Source: Geosiphon pyriformis uo1
Taxonomy: Eukaryota; Fungi; Glomeromycota
Direction of reading: 5' to 3'
Length of the DNA stretch: 64,000 nucleotides
NCBI GenBank assembly: GCA_016748015.1
Contig: JAAOMT010000414.1
Span: forward strand, 90,481-154,480
The notes below the pieces were generated by a model, which saw only the letters and a program-made list of their open reading frames with translations, was not told where the DNA came from and ran no database searches. This document shows, one piece after another, positions 24,601-39,717 of the stretch. Every line of letters starts with the position of its first letter. The first letter of the stretch is position 1. The position numbers and the translations under genes were made by a program.

Positions 24601-27600
24601 CAAAAACTACTCAGATCTGTTAAAATTGGCAATTAGCAATGATAATGCACCAACTAATCTCCAGTTCAGCTGTCCAGCAAACTGGATCTTAACAATAAAA
24701 TTCGGGAACTAACTATGCCCAAAACCTAAACACTCAACACTATTTAAGTCTCTTAATATTCCCAGAAATTACCACACTTAATCTATTGGAACCCAATCAA
24801 ATTCAACTAATTTTTAACAATATTTTATCAGCAACATTATTATATAACAACTTATGAACCAATTAGATTGCCAAGTTGATTGTGCTGCCAGTGCCAGAAT
24901 TATTATCACCAATAAGATAACAAAAATGCCTATTGGTAAGATTGACAACTTCTCTTTTAAAGTCAATAACATTATAATACTTATTAAAATATTGGTAATA
25001 GAAGTTACATAGTACTAAGCTCTAATTGGTAAAGACTAGTTGTTTAAAACCAACACTATACTCAACTAAATTACCCAAAAATTGCAACTCAGCCAAAATA
25101 ATCAGCACACTTAAGTACCAGTCATTTGTGATCATTTCAAACCCAGTATTACCCCAGCAACATTAATTGATATCAAAAAAGAAGAAAAAAAACCTACCTA
25201 GAAAGCCTATTAAGTATTGTGGACTAAAGAAAAACATAATAAGCTGTGACCAATTCTATTATGGGATGACAAAAGAAAAAGAAGAGAGAAAGATGAACCA
25301 TAAACCATTATCATCAGCAAAACTACAGACAATTAACACACTTTATACTCAGTAGACATGAAGAAAAAACCTTTTTATATCTCTCTTAAGTGTATTAACT
25401 GCAAAAAAAAGTTTTCATTTATGGAAGCTTGGGTCATGCCAGACAAAGATTACTAGATATATATCTGCTATTACTGTAAGCCATACCACTAAAAACACTT
25501 TGGCTATCCAAAATGACAAGGAAAATAGGACAATAAACCATGTCTTATTTGTAGAGAAATATTACTTGACAAAGAAATATGGAACAACATTCTTGATTGA
25601 GGAGGAACATATAACACATTATGCTAATACACAATCCTTATTAGTGATTAGATAAGCTAAAAAACTTCTTTTAATGTCACATAGAACTAAGCACTATCAT
25701 GTTTGGACAGTTACTCACATAACAAAAACAAAATCTGGCAAATAATAAAGACTAAAGTCAAAAACACTTTGCTTAGTGAAATATTGACAATTAAAAACAA
25801 TCCACCAGAACCAGTTAAGACTTTTTTTATCTCAAATTCAGATGTATTTTTTGATATTATAAGTGATTCAGAATAATTTTACAAGCACTATTAAGACTTG
25901 ATATTCACACAAAAAAAACAAGAACAATAATTAGAAAAACTAAACACCTAACTATGTAATTATTGTTTAATATCATGTGACTTTAAGTATTGTAATAAGT
26001 ATGATCTTATTTACAATCTACCACCACACATAATTTACATGATCCCAAAAGAAAAAAAACCAATTAGCAGCTGCAAAATAGAATCAGAATTACCACTCAA
26101 TTGTAATTCAAACTTTAACAATAATAGTAATATCAATAATTCCAGTTTCATTTAAAATGACAATAATAACAGTAATAATTCAAATTCTGATTTAAACTTA
26201 AAACAATATATTGCACTTTTTGATCTTTCCAAAGAGCAGGAACTCAAATAGTTCAGTGATAACAATAAAAATATTATGCCAAAATGAGCACATAATACTA
26301 ACACAGAATTTAATCTAAGATATCTAGAAAATGTTGTCATTAAATTGAAACCACATTCATGCATTTGTATAGATCTGAAATTAGCACTGAAAATTTTGAC
26401 AACAATAATAGTTCAATTAATATCTAAATATAGTTTAGCAAAAAAGAAAATCAACATCAGAAAAAAAATAATTGATGCAAAATATATAGAAAATATTATT
26501 GCAATGCTATAAAATAACTCAGAAAAAGAATATATTATTGAACCAAATAAAAAGATAGCACAAACAATATTCCTACCTTTGGTGAAAATAGCTCAGTTAG
26601 TATTAGTGGAAACAAAGAAAAAACTAGAAATAACTACAAGAGGGATAAATGAATTTGGATCTATAAATAGAATAAACATATTAGTTAATATAATAGAAGA
26701 AGAACCAATTGACAAAGGAAAAATTATTTCCATTAGTCAATCAATTTTTATTCCCCTATATAACCAGTATTTAGTAGTTATAGAAAGGAAAATAAGAGAT
26801 CAATCCCAAATTTTCAAAGTAGAAGCCACTATTTGTGAATCAGGAGAGATTACTATTACTAATTTCTATATATTGGCTAAAAATAACAAGCACATCAAAA
26901 TTTTCATTTACAACACAATAGAAAACATCATTGAAATACCAAGAGAAACCACTATTGAATACTTAAGCACTAAGGTTAAAGACCAATTACCAAGTACTAT
27001 TTCAGATTTTTTACAACTGTGTAAATATGTGAATATTACATTACAAGTAATATACAAACAAAAAGAATGTTATTTACTCCAACCAAAACAATTAGAACAA
27101 ATAAACTTGGAAAATCTAAACCCACTTCAACATATGTAACTTAAAATGCTACTTAACAATTTTACTGATATCTTTGCCAATAAAAATAAATTTAGCAGAA
27201 TTGACATTATTCAACATTAAATCAAAACTAGAGATGTAATGCCAATCAAACAAAGAGCATATAAAATACTATTATGGTTGAAATTCATACTTTTTATTAG
27301 TTATTACATATATTAGCCATTGATGTTATATAATTAGCCACTCTATTTTTAAATAATAATTATTAACTTGATTAATGACCTGATCAATGACTTGATCATT
27401 GATCTGATTATTAACCACTTTTGATAGCTATATAAGCAATAAATCTCTTAGCTAAAGAAAAAAATATCAGAAATTAAGAAAATAAAATAACAACTTTTAT
27501 CTCAATCTTTTTTTATCGCTAATTTTTTTTTCTCTATCTTCAAGTATCCAAACATCTTGGAATAAAAAATTACTTGTTGGTTATTTCCTAACTTTTTTTT

Positions 27601-30600
27601 GAAACGTATAATTGTAGCATTTAAAGATTATTGAATAAAATATAACTAAAGAGTACATCTAATACTTGATATTAAATTCTAAGAGCACTAATATAAAACA
27701 TAGAATTATATCAGTGTGTGATTATTTGTTGACAGTACAAATTATCTTTTTATTTTCAAATTCTCAGTTATTTTTTGAAAAATATAGTAACTGAGATATT
27801 TTATGAAACTGATCTTACATATTAAATTCATATTTATTCAATTCGCTCTTTGAAGTTGAATTCTTTTTGATTCCTTTCATTACTTTACAATCTTGTTCTC
27901 CTTTGCTATCTGTTAGCTTATTACTTCAACCCATAACAATACTACTAACAAGCCATAAGATTATCTAACAAGAAATCAACAGAATATTGAACAATGGGTT
28001 AATTCAATCATTAATAAGTTCATGATTGTCACCAGTAATACTAGTCCAAAAAAAGAATGGAAAGATCTGCTTTTGTATGGATTACAGAAAACTTAACAGT
28101 ATAATATGTAAAAACAGCTATCTAACTTTACAAATCCAAAAATTATTCAATGTATTTGAGGGAAAGAAATGGTTTTTAACATTAGATCTAAACAGTAGTT
28201 ATTGGCAAGTAATCATGAATTCAGCCAACAAAAAAAAAACAGCATTCACTACTAGAGAAGAGAACTTTGAATTTGATATTATGTCTTTCAGCTTAATAAA
28301 TGCTCCAGCTACTTTCCAATAGCTAATGGAAATTGTTTACATTAGACTACTATGAAAATCAATAGTAGTCTACTTAGATGACACTAATGTATTCTCAAAA
28401 ACATTTAATGATTATTTTCACTATCTTCAGCAAGTGTTTAAAAGATTAAGAAGAGCCAGATTAAAACTGAATGCAAACAAGTGTTTCTTTGGCAAAACAG
28501 AACTGAAATTTTTGAAACATGTCATAAGCAAAGATAACATTAAGACAGATTCAAACAAGATTAAGATCATCAAAAACTTTTTAGTATCAATAAATCTTAT
28601 AAAATTAAGAGCATTCTTGAAATTTGCTGAATACTATTGTTATTTTATCCAAAACTTCTCCAAATTGGCTTAACCATTTTATTAGCTCCAAGCCAAAAAT
28701 GTGAAATATGAATAGACAGAAACCCAACAAAAAGCTTTTGATATTTTAAGAAAAAAGCTTATTTAAACACCAGTACTAATCCATTCAAATTACAACAAAC
28801 TATTCATTATTACTACTGATGTATTAGGTCAAGCATTGAGAGCTGTATTGTCTTAAAAAGAACTAAATAGAAGAGAACACCCAGTAACATATGTCAGCCA
28901 AAGCTTAAGTCCAGCTGAAAAAAACTATAAAACTCCAGTACTAAAACATTTGGCTATCTATTAAACTATTATCAAATAGAAAGAATATTTGAGTTAAAAG
29001 TTTGATGTATATACTAATCACAAAGGATTGACATTAATCTAAAAGCAAAAATTTGGAAACAACTGTCACATAAGATAAAAAATAGAACTTTTACTATTTA
29101 TTTATACAGTACATTATAAAAAGAAAAAAAAATAGAAATGCCAACAGTTTGTTACAAATGAAACAAATCTAAGAACATTTCAACCCAAAAATATAACAAA
29201 AAATGAATACACAAAAAATATTTACAACTTCAGCATTATATTAATATTCAACAGTTTAAGAAAAAATTATTTCAAAAGAAGAAATTATCTCAAAAAGAAC
29301 AAAACAACATAAAACAACAATCAAAATATTTTATTACATATCAAAATATACTATATAAAAAACAGAAAAGATATAAATCAACTACTCAGAATAATCACAA
29401 AACTAGAGGAAAAACAATACTATACAATATGCACTTAGATTTGACAGCAAGACATTTTCATAAAGAAGTAACCATAAAAAAACCAGAAAAAAATAATATT
29501 GGTCATCAATGTATTCAGATATTATTTAATACATTCAAAATTGTAATGTTTGTCAAAAAAGAAAAAAAACAAGACTCAGTAAACTATTAAGAACAATTAA
29601 AGTAGAACAATTATTTGATCAAATTGAAATTAACTTAGTCAAACTATTGACAATAACCAGTAGAAAAAATCATTATATAGCAATAGTCATAAATTATCTT
29701 ACAAAATGGCCAGAAACAAAAGCAATTCAAAGAGCAAATACAGAATTCATAGCCAAATTTGTTTATCAAAACTTGATATGTCAACACAAATATTCAAAAG
29801 AATTGTTATCAAACCAAAAAACTCATTTTGTAAACAAAACATTAGCAGAATTAAGTCAAAAATTTGGAATCAAAAGACTATTATTATTATCATATCATCC
29901 ACAAACCAATAACTTAGTTAAAAGATTTAACTAAACATTATGTAAAACAATAATTAAGATTAGCCAAAAAAATCAGGACAAATAAAATTTGTTTATACTA
30001 TTAGTATTATTTGCTTATTGAACAATGAAGCAAGATATCATACAAACAACACTATTTAAACTTGTTTATGATAGAACAGCAACATTATCAGTTAAAATAG
30101 ACATCAACACATATTCAACAGAACTAATAACAGAAGCCAACTTCTAAAAAACATTGCTAAGAAAAACATACAAACTAATAGAAATATTAGAAAACAAAAG
30201 ATAAAAAGCAGTTGATAACATTCAAAAGTCACAAAAAAAACAAAAAAAATAACATAATAACCAATTACCAAATAAACCAGTTAAATTCAAAATTGGAGAC
30301 AAAATACTTTTACATTATACCAAAGCAAAAAAACAATGGAATAAAAAATTTAACCCCAAATAGAATGGACTATTTCATATTAAAGAAATTCTAGGAAATA
30401 GAGCTTACAAATTAAGATAGAACAACAAAATTTTAGCTAAAGCAGCACATAAAAATTGACTAAAATCATATCACAATATAGTATCATCATTCACCAGTAA
30501 TATTCTACAACTGGAAGCACAATAAATACTAATCTAACCAGATAAAATTCCACGAAATTTGGAACCAATTATAATCATTGACCAAAACAATATAAAAAAC

Positions 30601-32183
30601 ATGGTATATGTAATAAAAGCAACAAACAAAAAAATGGAAATTCCAAACCACATTTATTTAATGGCTTAACAATTATTCCAAGCTGTAAATCAACAACAAT
30701 TAGATATTAAAATTATTATTAATCACTAAACAATCTGTTATCAGAACACCAAAAGAAAAAAAAAGTAGGAAATACATCATATCAACAACCATTAAACTCA
30801 ATAAAATATTGATCAGATAAAATAATAGAAAAAGTAAAAAATACTTTTGAGAAAATATTCATAATTATTCTAATAGAGAAGCTAATAAAAAAAAGTTGAA
30901 AACACTAAACAAAACAACTTTCAATACTATACTGTTACTATTAATTAGAACAAAAGCTAAATATTCAAGAATTATATATTGACAAATCCAAAAAAATATT
31001 CAATCAAGAAATAATATGGCAAATTGAAAACATTATCAGAAAAAAAATAAACTTATCATTTCACATTAGAACAATTTATCGACTATATATTATATTTCAA
31101 AATTATTCAAAAATACTACTACACTCAGAAATAGAAACAATAATCATTAATCAATAAGGAAATATAAACAACTTACAAGTAGAAAACATAAGAACCAGAG
31201 TTGAACAAACAATATTAGATAAAAAAGTAATAGAATTTATCTAAAATAAAATTTCAACAGAGTTCAATATTAAAAAAAAAAGAGATAATATTACTCATAG
31301 AAAAGAGTACAAGAAAAAATAGTAGGAAAAACAAATAGGAAAAATAGACTAATAAAAGAATAGTATTAAACATATAAATATATTGCTTGTGAATTATGAC
31401 ATATTGCTTAGCAATATAAATATTGCTTGAGAAATTATAGCATATTGTTCACAAATGTGTAAAATCTTATAGAACATTAATTATGTATATATAGCAAAAG
31501 TATTAGAAGCAAAAAAGACAGAATTAATAAGTAAAATTAATAGCTAAAACAAAACAGTTAGAAGCAATTCAAAATTCATATTTCATATTAATAAATTATT
31601 AATTATCACTTAAACTTATGTTATCATCACTTAATTAAAGCATATCAATTATTTCCACTCTATCAACATTATATGTTAATAGAATCTGATACTTAACTAT
31701 ATTAAACCAATAGCTCTTGATTATAGCTATTAACAAAATACTAATTTTTATTTTATTTTTTTATTTTTTTTTTATTTTTTTTTATTTTTTTATTTTTTTT
31801 TTATTTTCTTTGTTGTTTGTTGATTTACTAATTGATTAAAAAAATTAAGCACTGAGTAATTGATGTTAAAAATAGTCTGATAAAAGACTCTAAAGGAAAG
31901 GTATCAAGTTTAAAAATTTAAGAATAGCTTATTAGAAGGACATAACTGTTAGAATAAAACCAACCACCACATTAAAGAAAAAAATTGAATGGAATTGCGA
32001 CTCCAAAAAACTATTGACACATATTAAATTTTTGTTCATTATACAAAGAACTTAACCAAAACTTTCAGACAACCAAAATCTTCAGATATTAAAACCTTCA
32101 AATATTACCAACAATATAAGCTATTAAGTACCAAATTATGGGTTTGTTATTTGTTTTTATACTCCAAATAATCATTTGTAACA
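21677..32183 (+). mobile_element. Full-length, older decayed LTR retrotransposon C (same lineage as A)
   Basis: LTRs 21677-22577 and 31289-32183; TSD actc/gctt (ancestral gctc); YLDD at ~28371; IN ATG 29203; ORF3 30634-31273; protease active-site region deleted at ~24838. Confidence 0.88.
27270..27938 (+). repeat. Solo LTR family X copy 2, inserted at the start of RT in C
   Basis: tattatgg...ccataaca termini; atac TSD (27266-27269, 27939-27942); 12-nt tgatca-type repeats then gctatataag. Confidence 0.88.
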
Positions 32184-34410
32184 GCTTATTAAAAAATGTT
32201 TAATACTAATAAAAAAAAGCTATTCAAAGTTATGAGCTTTAAGACAACTTTAGTTCTTCTAATTAAGATAAAGCCAAAAATTTTTCAATTCTAACTTGAT
32301 TTTTCTAAATTAATATCAACTGATATAAGTTTTTTGATTACTGTAATAAGCTATTATATATCATATTTTAATAAATTGTTAAAATATTCAACAATTAAAA
32401 TTCTTTTTACAGTTTAGAAAACCAATTCTAAAACTAAATCATAATTTAGTTGAATACATGATAGATATTTTAGTTATTATATTATTCTTTGGTATAATTT
32501 ATTATTTAAATATTAAATTTAACTGGAAATTTTTATTACAGAAAATTTTATATATTTCTTAAATCCAAGCAATTTTTTGAAACACAATATTATAGTCATT
32601 GAAAGATTATTTGTGAATTCAAATTAAGTATTTAATTATAATAAAAATAATACTGGTCAAAATTTTCAAAGTTGTTTATTGTTTTTTACCTTTTATAATT
32701 TGCAAAAACAGTTTGTAGATTTTTTTTTTAGATTTGATCAAGTTAATTTTTAATTATAAATACTACTCTTATGCTTTATATTTTTAAGCTTTTAATCATT
32801 TCTCTCATCAGATGAAACACAATTTATTCTTAAAATTTTATGAAAAAAAAGTGTTTAAAATATCAGTCATTAAAAAACATATATTGTAAGATATTATAAG
32901 AAAATATTATATTATGTACATAGAAATTATGTTCAAGATATAACATTTATTTTGAAATTGTTATATAATTACTGTAAGTTTAATTTTACAGAATCTATTT
33001 ATAAGATATTCTAAAAGATTTAATGACAATAATGTCTATATATATAAATTTTTATATATAATAACATTGAAATTTTTTGCTATTATTAATAATTAGAAAA
33101 ATAAAGTTGAAAATCAAAATTTTGGATGATAAAAATATCAACCAGCCATATATTTTATCTAATTTAACAGTTAAGTTATATGATCAATTGTCTTTAATTA
33201 TAATATTACCTTATACAATTCTCTTAATTTATCTTAAAGACTTTGTTTCAAGATCTTCAGAAAAAACTTTATATTTGACTGAACTGATGTATTCATATAA
33301 TGAAAACAAGTATGTAGAAAAAGAAACCAACTCTGATAGAATGCAAATTATTGATTAAACATTAGATAATAAGACAGATATTGAACTTACTACACAAGAA
33401 AACCTAAAAATTACATAAAAGTTAACAATTATAGTGTTTACAAAAACATTTGGCAGATTTTTCAACCATGGATAAAAACAAATCAAAGATATCTACCAAG
33501 CTATCAAATAATATTGCCCATTTTAAAATGTATGCTTCAAATATTGTAATATATGATACTACAAAAAAAAATAAGCCATCTAAAATTTATTGCAGAGTTT
33601 ATTTTTTAAAAAATTAATTGCATTAATTTTTTTCATAAATTTTGAGCCACATTCTTGCTTCAAAATATAAAAATTAAAGCAAATGATTGATCTTTTGCAA
33701 TGTCTCTTAATACCAAATATTTTGCTCATAGTATTATTCTTAAGTTAACAGCCAATTATATTACAATTATTTTAATTTTTGTTTCAAATTTGTTGCTTTT
33801 AGCACCAAAGCTGATTGTTTTCAATGTTTATCAAAAAAAATACAAAGTTATAAATAAAGTGCAAATAACATTTCCAAATTTTCTAACAATTATTCATAGT
33901 ACTTTTATAATTCCTTTGACATCTGGTGTAAATAATATTAATATCTGAATTTCTGTCTTAATAATAACAACCAAATATAATAGTGATGTAAATAGAATAT
34001 TCATGGTTAATAATGCTGTGTTACTAACAGAAAACATGTAGGTTGAGAGATATTATAGCTTTATAAAAAAGTGATTATTTAAAGATTAAATTAATATTAA
34101 TTAAAAGCTTTTCTGAAAATAATAATACTTTGATAATTTATCACATAGTAACATAACTTTAATGATTGCTAATTGGCTAAAATTTGATTGATCAGCATCC
34201 AAAAATTAAAGATTAATAATAAAAGTGGCTAATTTTAAACTTTAATAACTTTATAAAATATAATATAATTCAAAAAATTAAATTGTAAGTATAAAAGAAA
34301 AGAACTTAATCTATTATATTTACAGTTTGGTTTTTAATATTATTAAAATTAGAAGACTAGATGTAATTTAAAATTATATAAATTGTTTAATAACTATAAA
34401 TAGTTTGCAC

Positions 34411-36412
34411 TATATATATTTAACAGAATTAATAACAAAAGCCAACTTTTAAAAAACATTGCTAAAAAACATATAATCTAATAAAAACTTTAAAAAATAA
34501 AAAATAAAAAGCAGCTAATAATATATAAAAGTTACAAAAAAACAAAAACAAAAATATAACAACCAGTTATTAAATATACTGGTCGAATTTAAGATTGAAA
34601 ACAAAGTATTTTTATATTATATCAAAGTAAAAAAACAGTAAAATAAAAGAATTAACCTCAAATAAAACAGTTTATTTTACATTAAAAAAATTCTAGGAAA
34701 TAGAGCATATAAATTAAGATAAAATAACAAAATTTTAACCAAAACAGCACATAGTAATTGACTAAAACCATATTACAATATAGTATTATTATCTACTAGT
34801 AATATTTTATAACTGAAAGTACAAAAAATACTAATTAAACTAAATAAGATTTTATGAAATTTATAACCAATTATAATTATCAAAGAAAACACAAAAAAAT
34901 AAATCAAGATAAAAGTATATAAAAACACAATATATGCAATAAAAATAATAGTAAAAGATGGAAATTTCAGATTACATCTACATAATAACACAACAATTGT
35001 TTCAAGCCATAAATTAACAATAATAAGACATAAAAATCATTATTAATTACCAAACAATTTGTTATAAAAACACAAAAAGAGAAAAAAAACAAAAATTATT
35101 TTATATGAGCAATTATTAAGTTAAACAAAACATTAATCAAATAAAATTATAGAAAAAGTAAAGAACACTTTTAAGAAAATACCAGTTACTGTTTCAATAA
35201 AAGAACTAACTAAAAAAAATGAAAGTTATAAATAAAATAATTTCCAATAGTATACTATTACTATCAGTTGGAACAAAAGCTGAATATTCAAAAATTATAT
35301 ACCAATAAATACAAAAAAATGTTTAATCAAGAAATAATACAACAAATTAAAAACTTTATTAAAAAAAAAACAAATTTTATACTATATATTAAAACAATTT
35401 ATTAACTACATACCATATTTTAAAATTATCCAAAAATACTATTATATTTAAAAATAGAACTAATAACTATTAACCAGTAGAAAAAAATAACCAATTCTCA
35501 ATTTAAAGACATAAAAACCAAGATTAAACAAATAATATTAAAAAAAGAAATAATAAACTTAATTCAAAATAAAAATTTTGACAAAACTTAATATTAAAAA
35601 AAAAGATAATATTACTTATAAAAAAAAGTATCAAAAAACATAAGAAAAACAAATTTTAAAATAAACCAATAGAAGAATAGTACTTAATAAATAAGTATAT
35701 ATACAAGAAATTATGTTATATTTTTAAGAAATAACATAGAAAAAAGTAAAAATGTATAGAATTTTATATAACACAAATTATATATATATAATAAAAGTAT
35801 TAAAAGCAAAAAAAAACAGAATAATAGTTAGAAATAAGTAATTATCCAATACTTTTTTTTTAAAAAGATAGTTTTTTATAACTTAAAATAAAATTATACT
35901 CATATTAATAAAAATATTCATTATTATCTAATTTATGTTGTTATTATTTGATTAAGAAATATTAATTATTTTTATACTATTAACAATTTATACTGATAAA
36001 ATTTAATACTTAATTACACTAAACTAATAGCTTTTGATTATGACTATTAATGAAATAGTAATTTTTTATTTTATTTTTTTTATTTTTTTATTTTTTATTT
36101 TATTTTTTTTGTTATTTACTAATTAATTAAAAAATTAAGTACTAAGCAATTAACATCAAAGATAGCCTGGTAAAAAACCTGTAAAACAAGAATAGAAAAC
36201 TTAAAAATAGCTTACTAAAAGAGCATAACTGTTAGAATAAACTGGTTATTATACTAAAAAAAAAATTTACAGAAAAAACCATCAATTAAATCTTTGTTCA
36301 TTATATAAAAAACTTAACCAAAATCTTCAAAAATCACTATTATCAATAGCTATTAAGCACTAAGTTACAGATTTGTTATTTGTTTCAACACTTTAAATAA
36401 GTATCTGTAATA
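34411..36412 (+). mobile_element. 5'-truncated, highly decayed copy H (IN C-terminus, ORF3, PPT, 3' LTR 35610-36412)
   Basis: Aligns to 30110-32183; ORF3 ATG at 34958; LTR ends tgtaata. Confidence 0.8.
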
Positions 36413-37863
36413 TTATTATATATAATACTTTTAATAAACAATTCAAAAAAATTTTAGTATTTGAATTTAAAAAGAAGAAAAAGAAACTAATTACTGAAAC
36501 TTACATGGCTCTTGAATTAACATCTAATTGGGTTAAGAAAAAAAACAGCTATTTAAAACATCTATAATATAACTAATATTATTATGGCCTAAAAAAACCA
36601 GTTAACAATTTATTTATACAATTAAACCAGTTAATGATTGGTATATTTTATATTCAAAACTAGAACCAAAAAAACAACTGTTCTATATTTTACTCAAATA
36701 CAAAAATTGTAACAAAAAGCTTTTATCTATAAAAGCTTATATATTTTTCAAGAAAAAATATAAAACTTATATTTGCTATTACTATAAAGTCTATCATAAA
36801 AAACAATTTGACAGTTCAAAATAAAGTGAAAAATAGAATAATACATTCTGCTTTATATGTAGAGAATTATTGTATAAAAAATACAACTGAATTAATATTG
36901 CAATAAAAAGAGAAGTATATAACCAAACTTGTCAATATACTTTATCAATTCTTGAGAAAGTTAAATAAAAAACATTTTTCAATACAGCATATAATAATAT
37001 ATTTAACAAACTATACTATTATTTAAATGATGCTAAAATAATTTATAATTTTGCCATGGTTTTAATTAATAAAGCTACTTAGAAAGATGTTTGCCAAATA
37101 AAAAAAGCAAAATATATTGAATATATAATAAAATTAGCTAGATTAAATTATAAAAATAAAGTAAAAACATATTATTAAATTATAAGCTATATTTACTTAA
37201 CCAAAAAAGCTCAAATTTAATAATTAAAGCAAATAAACATTTAACTATACAAAAAATATGTTATGTTTTATAATAACTAATAATATTTAAAATACTATGT
37301 ACTTAATATCTTTTTGTTCAATAAAAACAATAAGTATAAAATCAAATTTAAAGAATTTAAACTTAAAAAAACTGCAATTATACCAATTTACTTAGTCAAA
37401 AATCAGCTTGTCATTCAGTTCAAGTATTTTAATAATAACAGTCAAGAAATTAAGCCAAAAAAGCTTATAAAATTAATACAAAATACAATTTATAATATTC
37501 TGATAAAGATATCTTGGTTTTTTAACCAAAATTTTTAACAAAAATCAACTTTAAGATTGCTTTTAAAATTTTATTAAGAGCAATAATTTAAATTGCTTCT
37601 TAATTATTTTTGGCCAACAAAAAAATCAATGTTAGAAAAAAAATCATCAATACAAAATACACAGAAGATATTATTATTATGTTATAAAATAAAACTAATA
37701 AACCATTGAAAATTTTGGTTTCAAAAATAATTAAGTTATTATAAAACTTTTTTTTCTCTCCTACTTCCAAAAAACTCCAATAAGCACTTTTCTGAGAAAA
37801 AAAGTTTTTTGTTTTTCTTGTTAATAATATATTAACATTTCTTTAACTAACAATCCTTTCATC

Positions 37864-39717
37864 GTGGATTTGGAAACTGTCTCTAGTGGTGACATGTCTA
37901 GTAAAAAGGCTCTTAAGGATGTGTTTTACAGTCCTGCTGGTGGTTCCTTTTCACAAAGAAAGAAAGCTTTTCTTGGAAATGTTAAATACTCTGGTGATGA
38001 AAAGAATATTTTTTTGAAGTCTGGTTCTGGTGCTAGTATATATTCTGATGTGAAGAGCCTATCTGGTGATGATGATAATGTTAGTATGTCTGGTGGTTTT
38101 GATAGTTCTTTCTTGGACTTGGCTGTTAATACTCCCAAGGCTAAACAAGTGAATACTGGTGCAAATTTCAGTTCTCCTATTGGTTCTCTTGACTTTAAAA
38201 TGGATGAAGAGATGAAACCTCTTCCACTCTCCCTTAGAAAAAAGGTTTCTTTGGATAAGATTTGGATTGATTCCAAGATCATCAAAACTTCTGTAGAGAT
38301 GTCGGTTAAGAAATCATTTGCTTTGGACATCAATTTTTTGGCTGTGGAAGGGAAATTGACTACACAAAAAACTCAGTTTGTCAGAAAAATTTTTTCAAAA
38401 ATCAATGGTTTTGGGGGGGCCACTACTTCTTCAAAATTTGAAGGAATTATCAGATCAACATTTACATCAAAGAAAAGCATGAAAAAGGCCATTTTATTGG
38501 CTGGCAAAAATGGAATCAGCATAAACAATGATCTTAGGAAACAAGAATTTCATTCAGATTGGGTCATAGTAATTAAGGAAATTCTCATGAACACGCTTAA
38601 GGATATGATTGTCACTACAGTTTCTGAGTTTGGGCAAATTAAGTTGATCAAAATTCAGTTAATTGGAATGTGTCAAAAGACTGTGATGGAGTTTGTTGAA
38701 TTGAGTCAAGCCGATCTGTTGGCCTCAAAATAGTTATTCCTGATCGGGAAGGATTCAGTACGTGTTGCCAAAGCAGCAAAAGATCGTAATATCTAGGCAT
38801 CGAGAGATCAGTTCAGGGTGCTGTTGTTTACTTTGCCAGTGGGAATGACTGCACATGATCTTGGTACTCTTTTGGAAAAGACTGGCGAAAAAACTTGCAT
38901 CATCAATTATTCATTGGAAACTGGCAATAGATTTTGTTGTGCTGTGGTTGGCTTTGAATCTAATGAGGAGTTGGAATCTGCTTTTCTCGCTGAGCCTATT
39001 TTCGGTGGGGTGCATCTCTCATGGGCTAGATTGGATTTGGTTTGGTGTGCGAAGTGTGGGTGTTTTGGCCATTCTACTTTGGAGTGTGATGCATCAGTTG
39101 AGTCATCTTCTGGCCTCCCAAATTTGTTTAAGAAGTCTGCTTCTGGTTTTGATCGTCTTTAGTTAGCCAGGTTGTATGCGAAAAAAAATGTTCCTATCTT
39201 TTGCCCCGCTGTTTTTGGCAGAAAATTGTGGACTCAAGTGGTGTCTCTTGCCTTCTTTTCTGGTTCTGGTTTGCTCTCTGGTAGTACACCTCTCTCTTTT
39301 GGTTTTTCTGGTCCTCAGGTCAATGGTTTGGGTGATTATTTGGCAGTTTTAGAGCATTCTTTGGAAATTCTTTTGGATCAGGTTTCTGTTATTCTTAGGA
39401 AATTGAGTTTTGTTGATCTGGTGCCTTTGGTATCCACTTCTCATGCTCCTTCTATGGCTGGTTTAGTGCCTTCAGCTCTGGTTGTGGATTTAGATATGAC
39501 TCTGGATGATATGTTAGCTCCATCCGTTCCCCTTCTTTCTGGTAGTGATAAGCCTACTGCTGGTCTTAGTTCGAGTGGTTCTAAGGTTCTTACCTCTAAG
39601 GTAGATGGTTTGAAATTCAAATTGTCTACTCTAGAAGCTTTGTTTGATTCAATCCTGGCAAGATTGGATCTCTTGTGTTCTGGTTCAGGCTTGTCCTTAC
39701 TCCCTTCATCCCAATGA
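37864..39717 (+). pseudogene. LINE ORF1 (nucleic-acid binding; CCHC knuckle)
   Basis: ORFs at 37864, 38818 and 39172 share one frame separated by TAG stops; CAKCGCFGHSTLEC. Confidence 0.8.

Noticed and set aside
32184-34410. Short ORFs 33077-33358 and 33700-33948 as genes
   Set aside because: AT-rich chance ORFs with no recognisable motif; probably an unidentifiable decayed relic.
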